This document shows, piece after piece, positions 1 through 14,929 of a stretch of 64,000 nucleotides of DNA. The translations under genes and the position numbers were made by a program. The DNA comes from Polymyxa betae A26-41 (lineage: Eukaryota > Protista > Endomyxa: Phytomyxea). Position 1 is the first letter of the stretch, and each line of letters opens with the position of its first letter. The notes under the pieces are model-generated. The model saw only the letters and a list, made by a program, of their open reading frames with translations, had not been told where the DNA came from and made no database searches. The stretch lies in the NCBI GenBank assembly GCA_003693705.1, contig RBZT01000176.1, positions 1,539 to 65,538 of the forward strand. Reading direction: 5' to 3'.

Positions 1-377
1 ATCGGTTGTCCCTGTCGTCTCGAGAGTCTCGGGCGCACCCGACCTCGACCCCGCCGCCGCCAAGGTCGCCATCCTCATCACCGTCTCCGCCTCTGCTTAT
101 AACATCGCCTTCGCCTTCACCGCGTTCGTCGTCTCCGCCTCTGCCTATAACATCGTCTTCACCTTCACCGCGTTCGTCGTCTTCCTCTCAGTTGCTATCG
201 TCTTCCCCGCCTCCGTCACGCTCGTCGTCCACGCCTTTATTGTTATCGTCGTCTTCGCTTCCGCTACTATTATCGTCTCCCCCTCAATCACTATCGAAGT
301 CTCAGCCCCTGATACTTTCATTGTCTCCGCCCCCGTCGTTACCGTCACCTAGATCATCAATGCCGCCGCTGTCTTAA
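1..377 (+). CDS. Partial Ser/Pro-rich low-complexity coding stretch (probable 3' end of a gene starting before the window)
   Basis: Open S/P-rich frame ending TAA at 375-377. A second + frame is also open, so the frame is uncertain. Confidence 0.35.
   Translation, partial: RLSLSSRESRAHPTSTPPPPRSPSSSPSPPLLITSPSPSPRSSSPPLPITSSSPSPRSSSSSQLLSSSPPPSRSSSTPLLLSSSSLPLLLSSPPQSLSKSQPLILSLSPPPSLPSPRSSMPPLS
83..182. repeat. 48-bp imperfect tandem repeat (2 copies)
   Basis: gtctccgcctctgc(t/c)tataacatcg(c/t)cttc(g/a)ccttcaccgcgttcgtc starts at 83 and at 131. Confidence 0.85.
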
Positions 378-1940
378 GATTACCAAAGCCCCAAACAACA
401 CATCTTCCTGTTTATTGAAATAAACGAGGAACCTTTGATCTGAAGCCTTACAAGGGTCGTAATAAGAGCACTCCCTGAGGGTAAATATGCCCGGGCCATC
501 GACTTGAAAGTTCAATTTTCATTGGAGCAATTTTAATGCATACGCCATACTGAACTGAATCGATTTTGCGAAGGCTGTGCTTTTACATCGTAGAAGTGCG
601 TTTCATTGCCAAATTAGACAAAACTCGTCCAATCTATAATTAAAAAATTCTTTCGACAATCAACACGTATCTTTCTTGAAGAAACGACGGAATTGCTAGA
701 GGTTTCGATTTACAAGCGATTACATCCGCCAATTCTTTTTCAAGGCCCCTAAAATGACGTTGGCACTTTGATAAGACCCTCAACACTCATTTTGGCTAAG
801 ACTCTGGACCCTGGCAATACTTCCGCAGGGCCTTATATTCGAAACTTTTACAGAGCATCCACAGCGCGCGCAAATCTGTTCGTCCAAATCTATTCTCAAA
901 ATTCTCACACCGCAGGGATTAACTATCCGCAGTTGTATTTCGGTTTTGCCTAAGAACCCGATAGAAAGTGCGGGATAGCTGAGGTGCTATTTCAGCGCCG
1001 ATGAGAGGGAAAATAACGTTGATCTGTTTTAACCTACGGAATAGAGCTGTGCGGTGCGGGCGGTGTGGATGATCTAAGAATTGATGTTGCATGTGTTGGA
1101 GAGATTTCAATTTCAGTACAAGCACCGTCATGTCAACTGTCAAGAATTGATTTTACGGACTTGTGGCTCCAGCTTCTTTCGGCTGTGACCCGAATGTCAT
1201 TTCGACTGATTTCTCTCACGCCTTCAGTCGGAGCTCTGTATTACAGATCTAATGGCATGAGCAAGAATGAAATTGAGGTGAACTCTCTGTTTAATTAATC
1301 AGAAACGAAGGAATGGCCAGCGCTGGCCTGGGCGTCAACGCGGAGTGGATGGCTTTGACAGAAGTGCCGAATGCAAGAGCTGATAAATGTGGCATAAACA
1401 TAGAATCTACATAGCATCAAATGCACAGTTCCTGATCGATTCATCGAGAAGGCAATAGAATCGCTACTTATCGTTGTCAGAGAAAGATATAGCTAGCGTC
1501 TAATCCACGGGCACACTGGTTCAATTCACCGTTTCGCGGTTAGGGTTAATAAATTGATTATTATTTTTATCCAGCTCTGAAAGAGGTCGCCACTCAGAGT
1601 TGCTTTTTTCCAACATTCTTGAGTTCTAATGGGTTATTGTCGAAATTAGAAATCGATGGGTATGAATTTTGGTTTCAGAATGAGTTTGAGAAGGCGAAAT
1701 GGAATTTAATATTCAAAGTGTGATAATAGCTACTTACCTTACCTCAGTGAAGCATGCAGCATGCTGACTACAAAACTCAGCACTAAATTGCTAATTGAGA
1801 TCGACTGAGCTCCGGGTACAATGCAGAAAATCTTCGTGAAAACGGGGCGATATTGATTAAGTAAAGTCAGCGCGGCCTTCGTTGCAATCAGAAGGTGACG
1901 CTTCTAAGTGACCTCGATCGAGTCATCGTCTCTTGCTTCT

Positions 1941-4676
1941 ATGTATACTGAATCTGAATCATTCGAATATGATCTACATCATATTGCAGTTCATGACGTA
2001 GATCATGGTCCGCGTCGTCAAGATTATCAATTTGTCAGTGCTGTCCAGCCTGCACATCGTGTCCAGCATCATGACAATGAACTAGTCGACGATGATGTCA
2101 GAGCCGCCGTCCAGGATTACACCTACAGGCAAGCTCCTGCCAACCAGATTGCATTGCTTGATGCTCCCCCGTCACCAGATCACATCATCTCTCCCAATCG
2201 GCAATTATTTGCCTTATTAGGAACCTACAAATTTCGGTCATTAGAAGGAATAAGCTCACGAGAGCTGGGACTCGCTGGGTTCAGGCTGGACCCTCACACT
2301 CATTGTCTGTCAAGAACGACCACATACAAATCGCTTTCATTAATATCACTCAATGATACTTCCACATCCCCAGCGTTGCAAATTCCAGTTCAGTTACCTG
2401 ATGATGGACGTATCTTGTGTCCTACATTCTCCCATGACTCAAGATATTTGGCATTTCTGCTCTACTGTCCTTCTTTAAATAAGGATTTTGCTACTGATTC
2501 TATCCTTAATCCAATCATACTGTATTACATCGACTGTCAAGATCCAAACCTCCAAATACATCTGCTTAGTCGGTATCCTGTCAGTCAAATATTTGGCAAG
2601 CCCTTCCACTGGACCGCTTCTAACACCGTCATCTTTCGAACTCCACAACCGAATCGTGGCCCAATACCGACTCGACCAAGGGTGCCTGTAGGCCCAGTTG
2701 TCCTAGAAAGTGGTCTTGGACATGACGTTAAACGTCGATGTGGTGGTGAACGGACTTATCAAGATTTGCTTAAAGACAGCTTCGACTGTCATTTATTCCA
2801 ATATTTCTGCACGGTTCAGGTAGTTCAATGCTCTCCAACTGGTCAAGATCATCTGCTTCCATTAACTGGAACTATCAAAGCCTGTAATCCATCTCCAAAT
2901 GGCCAATATCTCTTAATTAAGACTATTCATCCACCGTATTCTTATTTCCTTCCTTATCCAAGGTTTCCAACCAGGATTGAGATCTATCGGCTTTCAGAAA
3001 GCGATCTAAAATTCGTTCGGCTGCTCGTTGACTTGAATCTTGCCGACTCTGTTCCGATATCGTTTGATGCATGTCGTGTTGGCCCTCGACGTGTCAGCTG
3101 GCGTTATGATGCTCCATCCTCATTGATATGGGTCGAGGCCCAGGATAATGGTGATCCTAAGTTTAACCCAATCAATAATGTTCGCGATACGATATGGACA
3201 CTTTCTGAGCCTTTTTCTTCATCTCCAATCTTTTTTCATCCGTTAAGCCTGCGACTCAAATCTATTCGGTTCTGGGAAGGTCACGCTTTAATTACTGAAC
3301 GCTGGTTCAAGACTAGACAGCAGATTACGTGGATGGTTAAGTTCGACTGTGAAAAATACGATCAGAAGGTGTTTGCTGTGTCTGTAATTTTTATCTGCAT
3401 ATAAAGTTATTTCAGAATCAATTAGTCTGGTCGGGCTCCTTCGATGATCGATACGACGATCCAGGTCAGCCGCAGGTTCATCACGATCTTGTTGATCTAA
3501 CAATCCATCCGGAAACTGGCCATCCTATTCTGACTCTGCTCGGCGATGGCGCCAGCCCTGATGGTGATCGCCCTTTTGTGCAAAGCTTTGATTTATGTAA
3601 GCTGTTTTGCCTTTTATGTTAGCGATTAATATTTTTTAGACACGCTCACAAAGAACTTGGTGTGGAGATCTTCGCCGACACATTATGAGCGTCCAATCTT
3701 GCGACTGAACGAGGATCACCTCATAATCCTGCGTGAATCTCCAACGCAACCTCCCGAGTTCTTCCTTGTTTCCATATCGCAAGCGTTTGCTGACGTTCGG
3801 TTAAGTATTCAACCTCATCCATGCCCGGAAATGCTCGATATCAAATGCGAACTGATTCGTTATGTGCGTGCTGATGGTGTGAAATTGTCTGGATACCTTT
3901 ATCTTCCCCCTGGGTTTACTCCTGGTAAAGACGAGCCGCTACCTACAGTATTATGGGCGTATCCCCGCGAATACAAATCTGTAGACACAGCAAGTCAAGT
4001 TGTTGGATCTCCAAACACATTTGCATTAGATAGCCGTCCCTCAATGTACTTTCTTCTTGAGGGTTATGCTGTACTGGATCGAATGACAATGCCTATTGTT
4101 GCCGAAGGTCATAATGCAGAGCCTAATGACACTTACATTGAACAGTTGGTCGCGAATGCAGCAGGTGCTATTGACTATCTCGTATCAATTGGAGTCACTG
4201 ATCGTGAGCGTGTTGGAGTTGGCGGGCACTCATATGGTGCATTCATGACAGCTAATCTCCTGTCACATAGTAACTTATTTGCAGCTGGTGTAGCTCGTTC
4301 TGGTGCATATAACCGAACTTTAACACCATTTGGTTTTCAGAAAGAAGAAAGAACATTATGGGAGGTTCCTCAAATTTATCAAAACATGTCGCCATATATG
4401 GCTGCTGATAAGATCCGCACGCCGTTACTCCTGATTCATGGCCAAGCTGATAATAATGCTGGTACATATCCAATGCAAAGTGAACGTATGTTTGCGGCAT
4501 TAAAAGGTCATGCTAAAGCGCCAGCAAGATTAGTTCTGCTGCCTTATGAGTCACATCATTATAAAAGTCGCGAGTCCAATGCTCATGTCCTCTGGGAATC
4601 AACCAGATGGTTTAGTAAATACGTCAAACATAAGAACAATCCGAAACATATTCGATCCAGGAGCATTTATTTATAA
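1941..4676 (+). CDS. S9 prolyl oligopeptidase family serine peptidase, glutamyl endopeptidase (cGEP/S9D)-like; introns near 3370-3420 and 3597-3639
   Basis: N-terminal propeller region with RTYQDLLKD; catalytic GGHSYGAFMTANLL, ARSGAYNRTLTPFGFQ, LLIHGQADNN and ESHHY motifs. Confidence 0.9.
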
Positions 4677-4836
4677 AACGTACTGTTTATAATCCCTTCG
4701 TTTTTGAGCCGTTGGAGGTTTCACATCACTTGAGAATTAATTCCAACCATTTCAAAAAGGTCAAACTTTTGTTCAGTCCGAGCGCAATTTCCGTTTCTAG
4801 ACTTGATTGCGATTTTGTTCCAGTTTGATATACATC

Positions 4837-5444
4837 ATGGCTCATCATAATCTGTTCGAGGATGTATTCGAGATCCTAGAAGTCGATAAGGATGGCAAGA
4901 AATTTGATAGAGGTGCGAGGTTATGGCGCCTTCTGCTTGCTTTTTTCTGAGCCATGATTATAGTTTCTCGTTTATATTGTCGTGGAGAGAATTATGAGAT
5001 GGAATTACATCTTGATGTGAATAGTGATTTATTCACACAACCTCCTGGATCCAAATTCTCTCTCGTATTAACTCGAAGTTTGAACCTTGACGGATCCATT
5101 GATGATCATGACTACTATACGTATGCTTTAAATGATAAACCAACACTTGCAGACAAGTATATTGGCAATTTTCTGCTCTGAGCTTATTTCTGAATACTTT
5201 TTCTAGATACGAATACGTGATGTTTGGTAGGGTTTTCAAGTTCAATACGCCTGAAGGTCAACAATCACATCAGCAACTGTCAGAATATTCTGCTTTCTAA
5301 TAGCTAGGTAGCTATCTAATTTGATTTCATAGGGAGGTTTACGCCTCATTCGGTGGATTGCTGATGAATTTAAAAGGCGAACCTCGAAATCTACAATCTC
5401 TTGAATTAGATCAGCGAGTTTACCTGCTTCTTCGATCTGTATAA
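4837..5444 (+). CDS. RPB8: DNA-directed RNA polymerases I/II/III subunit RPABC3 (4 exons)
   Basis: LFEDVFEILEVDKDGKKFDR/VSRLYC, MELHLDVNS, LADKYEYVMFGRVFK and VYASFGGLLM after splicing. Confidence 0.95.
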
Positions 5445-5466
5445 ATATAACTGCAGTCTTCTATTT

Positions 5467-6151
5467 CTACTCTATTTCTGAATGTCTGGGCCTTTTCCTG
5501 GTTGTAAGTGATGTGTTCTTGTCATGCTCAGCTCGATCTTTCCACTGTCTGTATCCTGATTGAGCATCAAATTTATACTGAAATACTGAACACAATTCAA
5601 AAAGCAATCCAAGCAGATGTTTACAAATCCTTACTTTTCCTCTCGTTTTCTGCTAATCTGTGTTTAAATGGTACCATACCCTGACTATCTGGACGTTCAT
5701 CACCGAATAGCTGTGCTTGCTCCAAGATTCCTTCGAATCTGCTTTTCAGCGATCTTTGTAATACTTGCCTCAGATCAGGTCGATCAAATGCATGAGATAA
5801 TGTTAGACCAACACTGTAGAAAAATGGACATCTATCTGCTAGATTGACTTGTGATGGATCAGCCAATAGAGCAATATTAGATCGACGTGAGAGATATGGT
5901 GGCAGCTGTACAGAGACCATTCCACGCTTAACCAGAGGTAAAGCTAACCACAAAGGAAGGTGTAATGTCGTGCCTGCAGGCAATGTTGTCTCCATTTGTT
6001 CATCATTGATCTGTGGTGGACGAGCGCCATGCTGATTGGCTAATGCATACTGCAAATAACCCAGCTCAACAGCGTCGATCTGAAATGTAGCTTCAACTGT
6101 AATGGAATCTGTCTCGATCGACGACAGGCTGTAATACGATAACGACAACAT
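5467..6151 (-). CDS. PSF3: GINS complex subunit Psf3
   Basis: YYSLSSI...LGYL...GTTLHLPLWLA...ALLADPSQVNL...FFYSVG pattern. One intron near the 3' end; stop position approximate. Confidence 0.85.
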
Positions 6152-6649
6152 GACAGTGGAAAATCGAAACTGGAAGCCTGGCGCGCAATCAGCCGCACAA
6201 TAGAATCACTATCTGTAGATGTGTTGAAGTTAGTTGTGGTTGGCGTCCTGCTCATGTGTCTATCAACTATTATAGATTTAATATCACAATCCAAGGGGAC
6301 ATCCACATTCTACGTACTTGGATCTTAGTTGAAGTAAAACAATCCCTTTTCCTGTACTCACTTTTTGGCCCCCTAAAACGTGGTCGTGGTTGTTGTCCTT
6401 TAGATCATGGTCGAAGTAGAGAATCCAGTTTTCTGCCGCCTTTCACCATCGCAAACGGTGGCCAAATCGGTTATTTTTCGAAAGCGTTGGTTCTGGACTT
6501 ACGTTTAGGAAAAAGAGAGCGCTAGCCCTCAGAAAGTCGGCCTTTAAAAAATGGTATTTTTGTCTTACAGAACCATCTAAAGCTGTTGTTAGCCTACATA
6601 ATCATGATCAGGAATTCGGAGTATCAGTATAGTGGAAGATTGTGATAAT

Positions 6650-8888
6650 TTATTTGAATGAAACAGATCGAGATAAATGTGGTTTAATACCAGTAGATTC
6701 ACCTCCATACGTAGTCGATTGTTTCTGTGAGAATTCCTTAACCAAACCTTTACGTTTAACCATGGCCTTCTCAAATCTCCTTCGATGTTTAACTCGGGGA
6801 TTCTTATCATCTTTGTTCCGATAGCGTTTAATACCACGATTCTCGATGATCTTTTTCGAAGCACCACGTCGTCCTTCAGCAACATCTTCCACGTATTTGA
6901 CATCCTGCTTCCTGCCAACTTTCTGTTCGACCTTCTTTTTCGCTGCTATTTCGGCTTTCTTTTTAGCAGCCGAATAGAAATCGAAATCGTCGTCATCGAC
7001 ATCGTCGTAGACTGAAGACGACGCAATGGCAGTTTGGAGCTGATCATCATTGGAGGATGATTTTGCACGAGACTTCGCCTTTCGCAATGCTTGCAATTCA
7101 TCATCATGATTATTGTCAGATCCTAGAAACAGTCAAAATCATAATGATTAACAGGATCAGAAACCAACCTTTACTTCCAAGAAGACCTGTAATATCTTCA
7201 AAGTCATCAAATTCGCCAGAAATGGAAGATTTTGATTTCTTCTTCTTCTTTCCATCACTCAGACGTAAAAAGTTGTCCTAGACATTGTGTAAGTTTGATG
7301 AACAATAAGAAGCTACTCCACCGAATACCTCTTCAAACTGTCGACGTTCACGTTCATCAGCAGATTCACAATCTGAGTCATTATGAGTCTGCAACTGTTG
7401 TGGAGCCTGATTTATGCCAATGAGAAACGCTATTAGCCACAGCTTAAAAGCCACTTACAGAAGAGAATTCATCACGAAGAGATTGCATAAATTCGGATCC
7501 ATGCAGCTTCTTGAGCTTCCTCTCCTCTCTTCTCTGCGATTTCTTATCTTCTTCTTCATATGGTACCATACGATGCTTCGGGGGAACATAGACGTTATTG
7601 GCCTTGTCCGCGCCATCATCATCAGGATCCGAGTCGCCTGCTGAATCGGCTTCAGCAACGTCATCCATTGAGGGTTTAAAGCGCAATGGATCTGACGACA
7701 TAGGCTGGAAAGAACTATCAGTTGACGATGAATGCAAAATAATGAAATTAGCTGATACCTGCTGACGAACAATTTTATCAATCATGTAGGCTATCTTAGA
7801 ACGAATAGGTGAGATACGTTCTAACATAGTACGAATGGTGATAAGTCGATCAATAACAGGATGACCACGAACAGGACGTCCTTCAGCTTTCATTAGCAGA
7901 TAGAATATAAGAGATACACAATAATGTAATAGAAGATGATGTTGAACTGATAATAAGGAGATCCCCTCAGGATTAGCACCTTCCACCTGAATCACATTAG
8001 TAATATATAGAGAGTATGCCAGCCTATATAAACCTGATGGTCAGCGCCTTTCTTGATCTTATCTTTAATCTCAGTAATAGATTTAGCTAGCTCTTGAAGA
8101 AGACCTAAAAGTTCAGGAGAATCTTTCGCAATATGACGAAGCTTTTCTTCAGTCGTCAACGAATCCAAATTTCTAATAACTTTCGACTCAGTTTGAGACT
8201 CAGTATTATCAGATTTAGATTCATCTTCAGTCACCATAACCAAATCATCGACACCAAAATCTGTCTCGTCCATCTTTGAGAACATTTGCTTCTGTTGCCG
8301 AAGAGCTTCCTAAAAAACATGTATTACAAAAACTGCAATACGAAAAGAAACCACGATTACTTCCTCTTCTTCCCTGGCTTCATTCTCACTCTCCGAATCA
8401 ATTTCGAAATCTGCAGCTTCACTTCCATAGAAAATATTTCTATATAGAGCAGATTAGTGAATGTATAGAAGCAGGTAAGAGGAGATACCGCTTTTTCCCC
8501 CAAGCAGTAGCAATGGCATCCTCAGATTTAATCTTCGTTGCTCTCCTTTCATTTTTCGGAACGCTTTCCGCTTCTTCTATGTAATCTTCTTCAAATTCTT
8601 CAACCTGATCGTCCTCCTATTAATACATGAGACCAATGAAGAATTAGAATGATGCAGCATTACAGATTCTGAGTCTGAGGCGTCCAGAGCTAGAATCTCT
8701 TCGTCCAATGCATCATCATCTGAATCGTCCGAATCTGATTGATTGGATTGCAGACCGATATATTCTCGTTTGTTAGAAAACGCATCGATCTCGTTCTCAG
8801 GAATCACTTCTTTTTGCGATCCTTTCTTTGATTTCGAGAAACTTTTGTTGCTTCTTGCCTTGGCCTTCATAGAACGTTGGCGAGCCAT
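6650..8888 (-). CDS. SAS10: SSU processome component Sas10/Utp3 (multi-exon)
   Basis: DSPELLGLL, GISLLSVQHHLLLHY...HPVIDRL (Sas10/C1D domain) and C-terminal IIENRGIKRYRNKDDKNPRVKHR...YGGESTGIK. Confidence 0.93.
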
Positions 8889-9403
8889 ATTTTCGACTCC
8901 GAACGTGCCAGGAAAATGACCCAGAAATTTGTCGATGGAAGCTTTGCGGACTCCGTAGCGCAAAAAAGTCAAATTTTGCACAAAATTTCCTGGAAGCCCA
9001 AGAAAGAGTTCCTGTGGAAAAAAATTTCGATTGCTTAAGAATTTATAGGACCTAGCATTGAAGTCCAGTGGCAATAGCTGCATTAGGTCGACGACGATCG
9101 CAAAGTTCCGCCAAAATAATCTGTTCGATCATTTGAATTGAATGAGCTACTGCGGGTAGGTTCTCCAGCTGTACCATGGCCGATGGATTCGAAAGAATCT
9201 GAAATGAAGAGAACCTTAACATTGAGAAAGTTGTGGAGCGGCCTCTGGTTTCAGGTAACAGAGAACATTTGACGGTCAAATTTTACGCACTCAGCGCTCT
9301 ATCAATCGGCTGGTGTCCACTAGCCGGTCGTTTGTTATTCTCTAATCTCAGAAGGAAGGGGTGCTACGTCCTTCTACATATACCATATATGATCACACAC
9401 AAC

Positions 9404-11693
9404 ATGCCAGCTGTTCTTGATAAACGATTATCCATTGATGGAGACGCAAACGAATATCTTATTGAAGGTCTGCTCGCTTGCTGCAATCCGAGAGACATTC
9501 ATATTCGGGTTTTGTAGGAGAGGATGGGTCGCAGACCTGGAAATCGGAGGAATATCTTCGAGATAACTATGAAGATTGCCCTGTAGTTTATATCGATTCG
9601 GGTCAGAAGTATCAGCTGCCTGAGGCTGACATTGCAAATTCTGTTGAGGAATCCACAGGCTCTTCAATCAGAATTGATTCAGCTCAACATCTTCTGCAGT
9701 CGATTTCGTCAGATGATGATGGGTCACGGTCTCCCTCTCCTGTTCGCAGAAGCCCACCCATTGTTCCTCCAGATATCCCATCTTCTGAGACCAATGGGGT
9801 ACCTGAACCAGATGTTGAGACACCTACTCCTGATTCCCCATCTCCCATTACCATGGGTGAATTATTAACTCGACAAGAATCAGAGATTGCTTCTTGCATT
9901 GGCAACCTTGTTATCCAAGATCGACATCCATTCATCAATCACGCAATCAAAAAATTCAGTCATGAAATGATGTTAAGGTCTGCTCCAGTTTCTATCCTGG
10001 ACCATTAATTGTCTGAATATCTGAACCAGCTTTATGAAAAATGGGGCATTTCTGTCGGAGATTGAATCTTGGTGTCGCGATGCCATTGATAATCAAGATG
10101 CCGGTTTTGTTGAAGATCTTTTGCTTTTTGTTGAGTTACTTCCTGTACCTGATGCCTTCTGTGTTGATTCTTTATTCCAACTTCTTTCCAAATCAAGAAT
10201 TTTTGCCGCCATTGATTGCTCTTTGCTTGTCTCAAGAATCGTGGACAAATGGACTCTGAAATTCCCAAAACAATTCGAGTATGGCTTCCTCGCTATCGGG
10301 TTTATTTATGCTGCAGCATGTATCTGATCGTATTGAATTGTTTAGCAAATCGAATGGAGAAAAACCTAACGAAGATACGGGAACAGGAACGCCATCGGGA
10401 TCGATGAAAGCATCATTAACCCCCAATCCTGCGTCAAGTCGTTCAAACAAGCCTCCATTTAATCCGAAATCTGGTCAGAATCGTCGCAGTCGACGTACAC
10501 AACCGGCGCATTGTTCTAGGAAAGCTTCTCCTCGCTTCTCGCCTGGTCGATCTCGCCGATCTGATATGGATTCTGATCGTCAGTCACCAATGTTTCGCCG
10601 TCAGTCGCCACCCCGTCGTCCGCCTTCGCCTCCTAAAATGTTCGATCAACTGGGTTCTGCTCGAAGATCTGACAATGATGGTAATTTCTCTAGAATCCAC
10701 CCTCCCCGTCAATCATTTATCGCTGGACGCGTTTCTGAAAACAAAAGCTCGTATGATGTACGCTCAGGGCCAGAAAGCCGCTCATCGCCTTACCAGCATG
10801 ATTCTCAGCGAGGAATACCGCGACCCTCATCATCTCCCACTAAACGCGAGGTTGGTGATCGCTCGGTAACTGGTTCATATCGATTCAACTCTGGATCCGA
10901 TTCTCGCCCTCGGGATATGGTCAGATTTTCTTCAAGTAATTCAGCTAATTCCACTCCATACAGTCGCCAGCCTTCAAAACTTAGCATTAAGTACGTTGAC
11001 GATTCCGATAAAGAGCATTACAGCGGCTCTGGCAAACGCAAATCGTATGGTCGCTCAGATATCCCAGATGTCAGCCATTCCAGCGCCAAACGCGAATCAG
11101 ATTTCGACAGACCCCGCGGTCCAGTTCCAGTTTCATACAAATCGGGGATGCCTGATTCCAGGCACTCCAAGTATTCGTATGATGATGATCATTCCCGATC
11201 TCAGAGACAGTCTCAATTGCTGTCGTTGAATGATAGGTCAGTTCCTTCTCACTCAGCCAGATCGCGATCACCGCCTCCGTATCGCAACGATGAAAGAATA
11301 TATGTACCAGAAGCTTCAAGAGATTTTCGACGGTACGAGGAACCCGCTTCCAAACGTAATGGACCAAAGGATTACCGAGATGATCAGTCTTTCCGACGCG
11401 ATGAATACCGCCGGAATGATCCTCATTCCGATAGTAAAGATTACCGTCGAGAGTTTCCTCAAGATATTCGGCGAGATGAACCTCGATTTAAACGTAATGA
11501 CATCGCTCATGATGTTAAACCTTCAGCATCGAAAAGGAAGTCAGATTTCAAGTGGCCTCATGATGGCCCAAACAAGACAATGCGTCTTTCCGATTTTGAA
11601 CGGAAAGAGCTGGTTGCCAAAGGTGCTTGTTTATATTGCCGAAAGCCTGGCCATACCATCGAAAGTTGCAGAACACGGCCAGCTCGCTCTTAA
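9404..11693 (+). CDS. Nuclear protein: N-terminal chromo-like domain, TFIIS-N-like helical domain, long S/R/P/D-rich disordered region and C-terminal CCHC zinc knuckle
   Basis: After splicing 9468-9517: VLDKRLSIDGDANEYLIEGEDGSQTWKSEEYL..DCP. Also ELLPVP...VSRIVDKW and terminal CLYCRKPGHTIESC. Confidence 0.7.
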
Positions 11694-12530
11694 TAGCTGA
11701 GCTATCCATCATCGCTATATACAGCTAATCAAATCGGTTCTCGGGTTTTGTGGAAGCTCCTGTTAAACCGTTGCTGAATTAACTTGTACTTAACACCATA
11801 GTTAACGTAAGGATTCCTGTCTGTATCCTTCTCCCAGAATAGGGTTCAATTGTTGGAGCGTCTCGCTGAAGTGCATCTCTCAGCTAATGGCTTTAAATGT
11901 AAAGTAAAATACTGTCAAGATCAGCATTTGTATAACTCTACAACAGTCCTTGAATAATGAATGCTTTCAGCTAAATTTTTCAGAGCATTCTTTCTTATTT
12001 TGTCGCCTTGTTCCCGGCGACCAATAAGGGAATACTGTGTTTCGGCGACGTTAAAACTTCACCGCTCATAGACCCTTCTTGCGTCGCTGAACTCTCTGCT
12101 TAGTTTTTTGCCTACAGTACAACGGCAAATTTCTTGATTTAGGACAGTTTCTACCCTCCTAACCTAATGCGAATGGATCAAGAAACAAGCCAAATCTTTG
12201 CATGATGGTTTCTTAAATTCAACGGGGACATCTTGCGCTGATGAAACAGCTACACCCGTTGAACATCAAATTTAATGATTATATACATTCTTATTTGCTA
12301 AATATTTTCTTTACTGCATGTAGGTCTGCAGATCCGGTTCGAGGCATTCGATGACATGTTTCTTCGTCAAGAGTTAAACAAGTCGATTCTGTCCAGCAGA
12401 TAATCAGTTGAAGGTGGTCGCGCCGACTTCAAAAGTCGTTCTGGAAGGACGTTACTGGATTATTAAGTGCGACAGAGGATTCAAGTGTTACAAGTCGCAG
12501 TTTTGTTGTAATAAGACGCTCCTGATCTGA

Positions 12531-13482
<952 letters not shown>

Positions 13483-13717
13483 TTCCGATTCTTGCTAGCT
13501 TTAATATCGCTATACCTGTATCCATCTAATGTCAATTTGATTGTAGGTCATAAAATCAGCAATGTTCTCATGTGATCTTGTTTTCATAAGCTGCTTGTTA
13601 TTGTCATAATCTGTATCTGTTTATCGGAGAGTGTTGGATTCCGATCTGGTTGACCACAAACAACCCGGAGTCCTGGCATTAAGTCTTTCCGATTTTCTCA
13701 TAAGATTCTTGCACACG

Positions 13718-14774
13718 ATGAAGATCTTGACGTTTGTCATCGCGTCTGTTAGCATTGCTACGAGTTCAGCATTAAATCTGCTTCAGTTGGCGGAATCGCA
13801 ACCTTCTCTTAGCAGTTTCTTGTTATACGTCAATGCATCTGGTCTCAATAACACATTGTCAGCTTCTGGTTCTCTAACAGTGTTCGCACCGGATGATGCT
13901 GCTTTTGATAATGTCACCATGCCCAATAGCAGTGATCAGATTGCTGAGATTATTCAATCACACCTAGTTGAAGGCAATCTCAGTTTGGCGATGCTAAACG
14001 GGAGTCTGAGTTCCTTGAATGGTGAATCACTGGATGTTCTCACTTCGACGTCGATGCCATCCAGCGCAGCTGGCGCTTCTAACACGTCTTCAAAGCTAGT
14101 GAACGGCGCTAATATTCTAGAACCTGATCTCTATGCAGATAATGGTATTCTAATGATCATTGATAAAGTAGGAAATGCTGTAATTTGAGAGCTTTTTACT
14201 CAAGTTTGCAGGTTTTAATTCCAGGAGGAGGAAATATTGCTGAAGAAGAAGCCACTGAACCAGAAACCCCGGAACAAGAACCTGAGCCATCAACACCTTC
14301 CGAAGAACGTGAACCTGATCAGGATCAAGGTGGCACCTCTGATCAGCAACCTTCCGATAATGGAAGCGCTTCAGATCATGACCAAGGTGATCCGGAAGAC
14401 GCTTCTGATCAGGGAAATATTAACGGCCGAACTGGAATTACAAACCAAACTGATCAAGGAGGCGATCAAGAGCCCTCTCACCAAGATCGCGGTCAAATCG
14501 TTTTCCTCATTGGTTGGTTTCTAACTAATGTTCACGTGTTGCTGCAGGTACTGATACTGATCCGGTTGCTGCTGCTGACAATACTCCCGCAAGTAATATC
14601 ACTCAAACGACGTTGTCACCAGCAGCGAATGCATCACAGTCAACACCTGAATCAAATGGTCTACCGACATCAACATCAATGCCGTCATTAAATTCCCAAG
14701 AATCCAGTATTCCTGGGTCGCCTGTGCCGTCAACTCGCTATCCCATTCCTTCTGAAAACAGTGTTGGACAGTAA
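13718..14774 (+). CDS. Secreted fasciclin (FAS1) domain protein with acidic and S/T/P-rich tail (3 exons)
   Basis: Signal peptide MKILTFVIASVSIATSSA; FAS1 H1 LTVFAPDDAAF and H2 DLYADNGILMIIDKVLIP (spliced). Confidence 0.88.
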
Positions 14775-14929
14775 TAGACATCTACTCTATGATGATAGAG
14801 CCACTGAATAGAATTATATCTCTTCTGATGTCAGCTTATATAAATTCATGGGCAAGATATTTTCTGTTGCACACGCCCTTCCATGCGAACGTAAATCTGT
14901 TTGTTGTTGGAAATCATATTTCAACGATA

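Noticed and set aside
10281-11693. Active LTR retrotransposon gag
   Set aside because: No capsid domain, pol or LTRs, and it appears to splice to upstream host-like exons.
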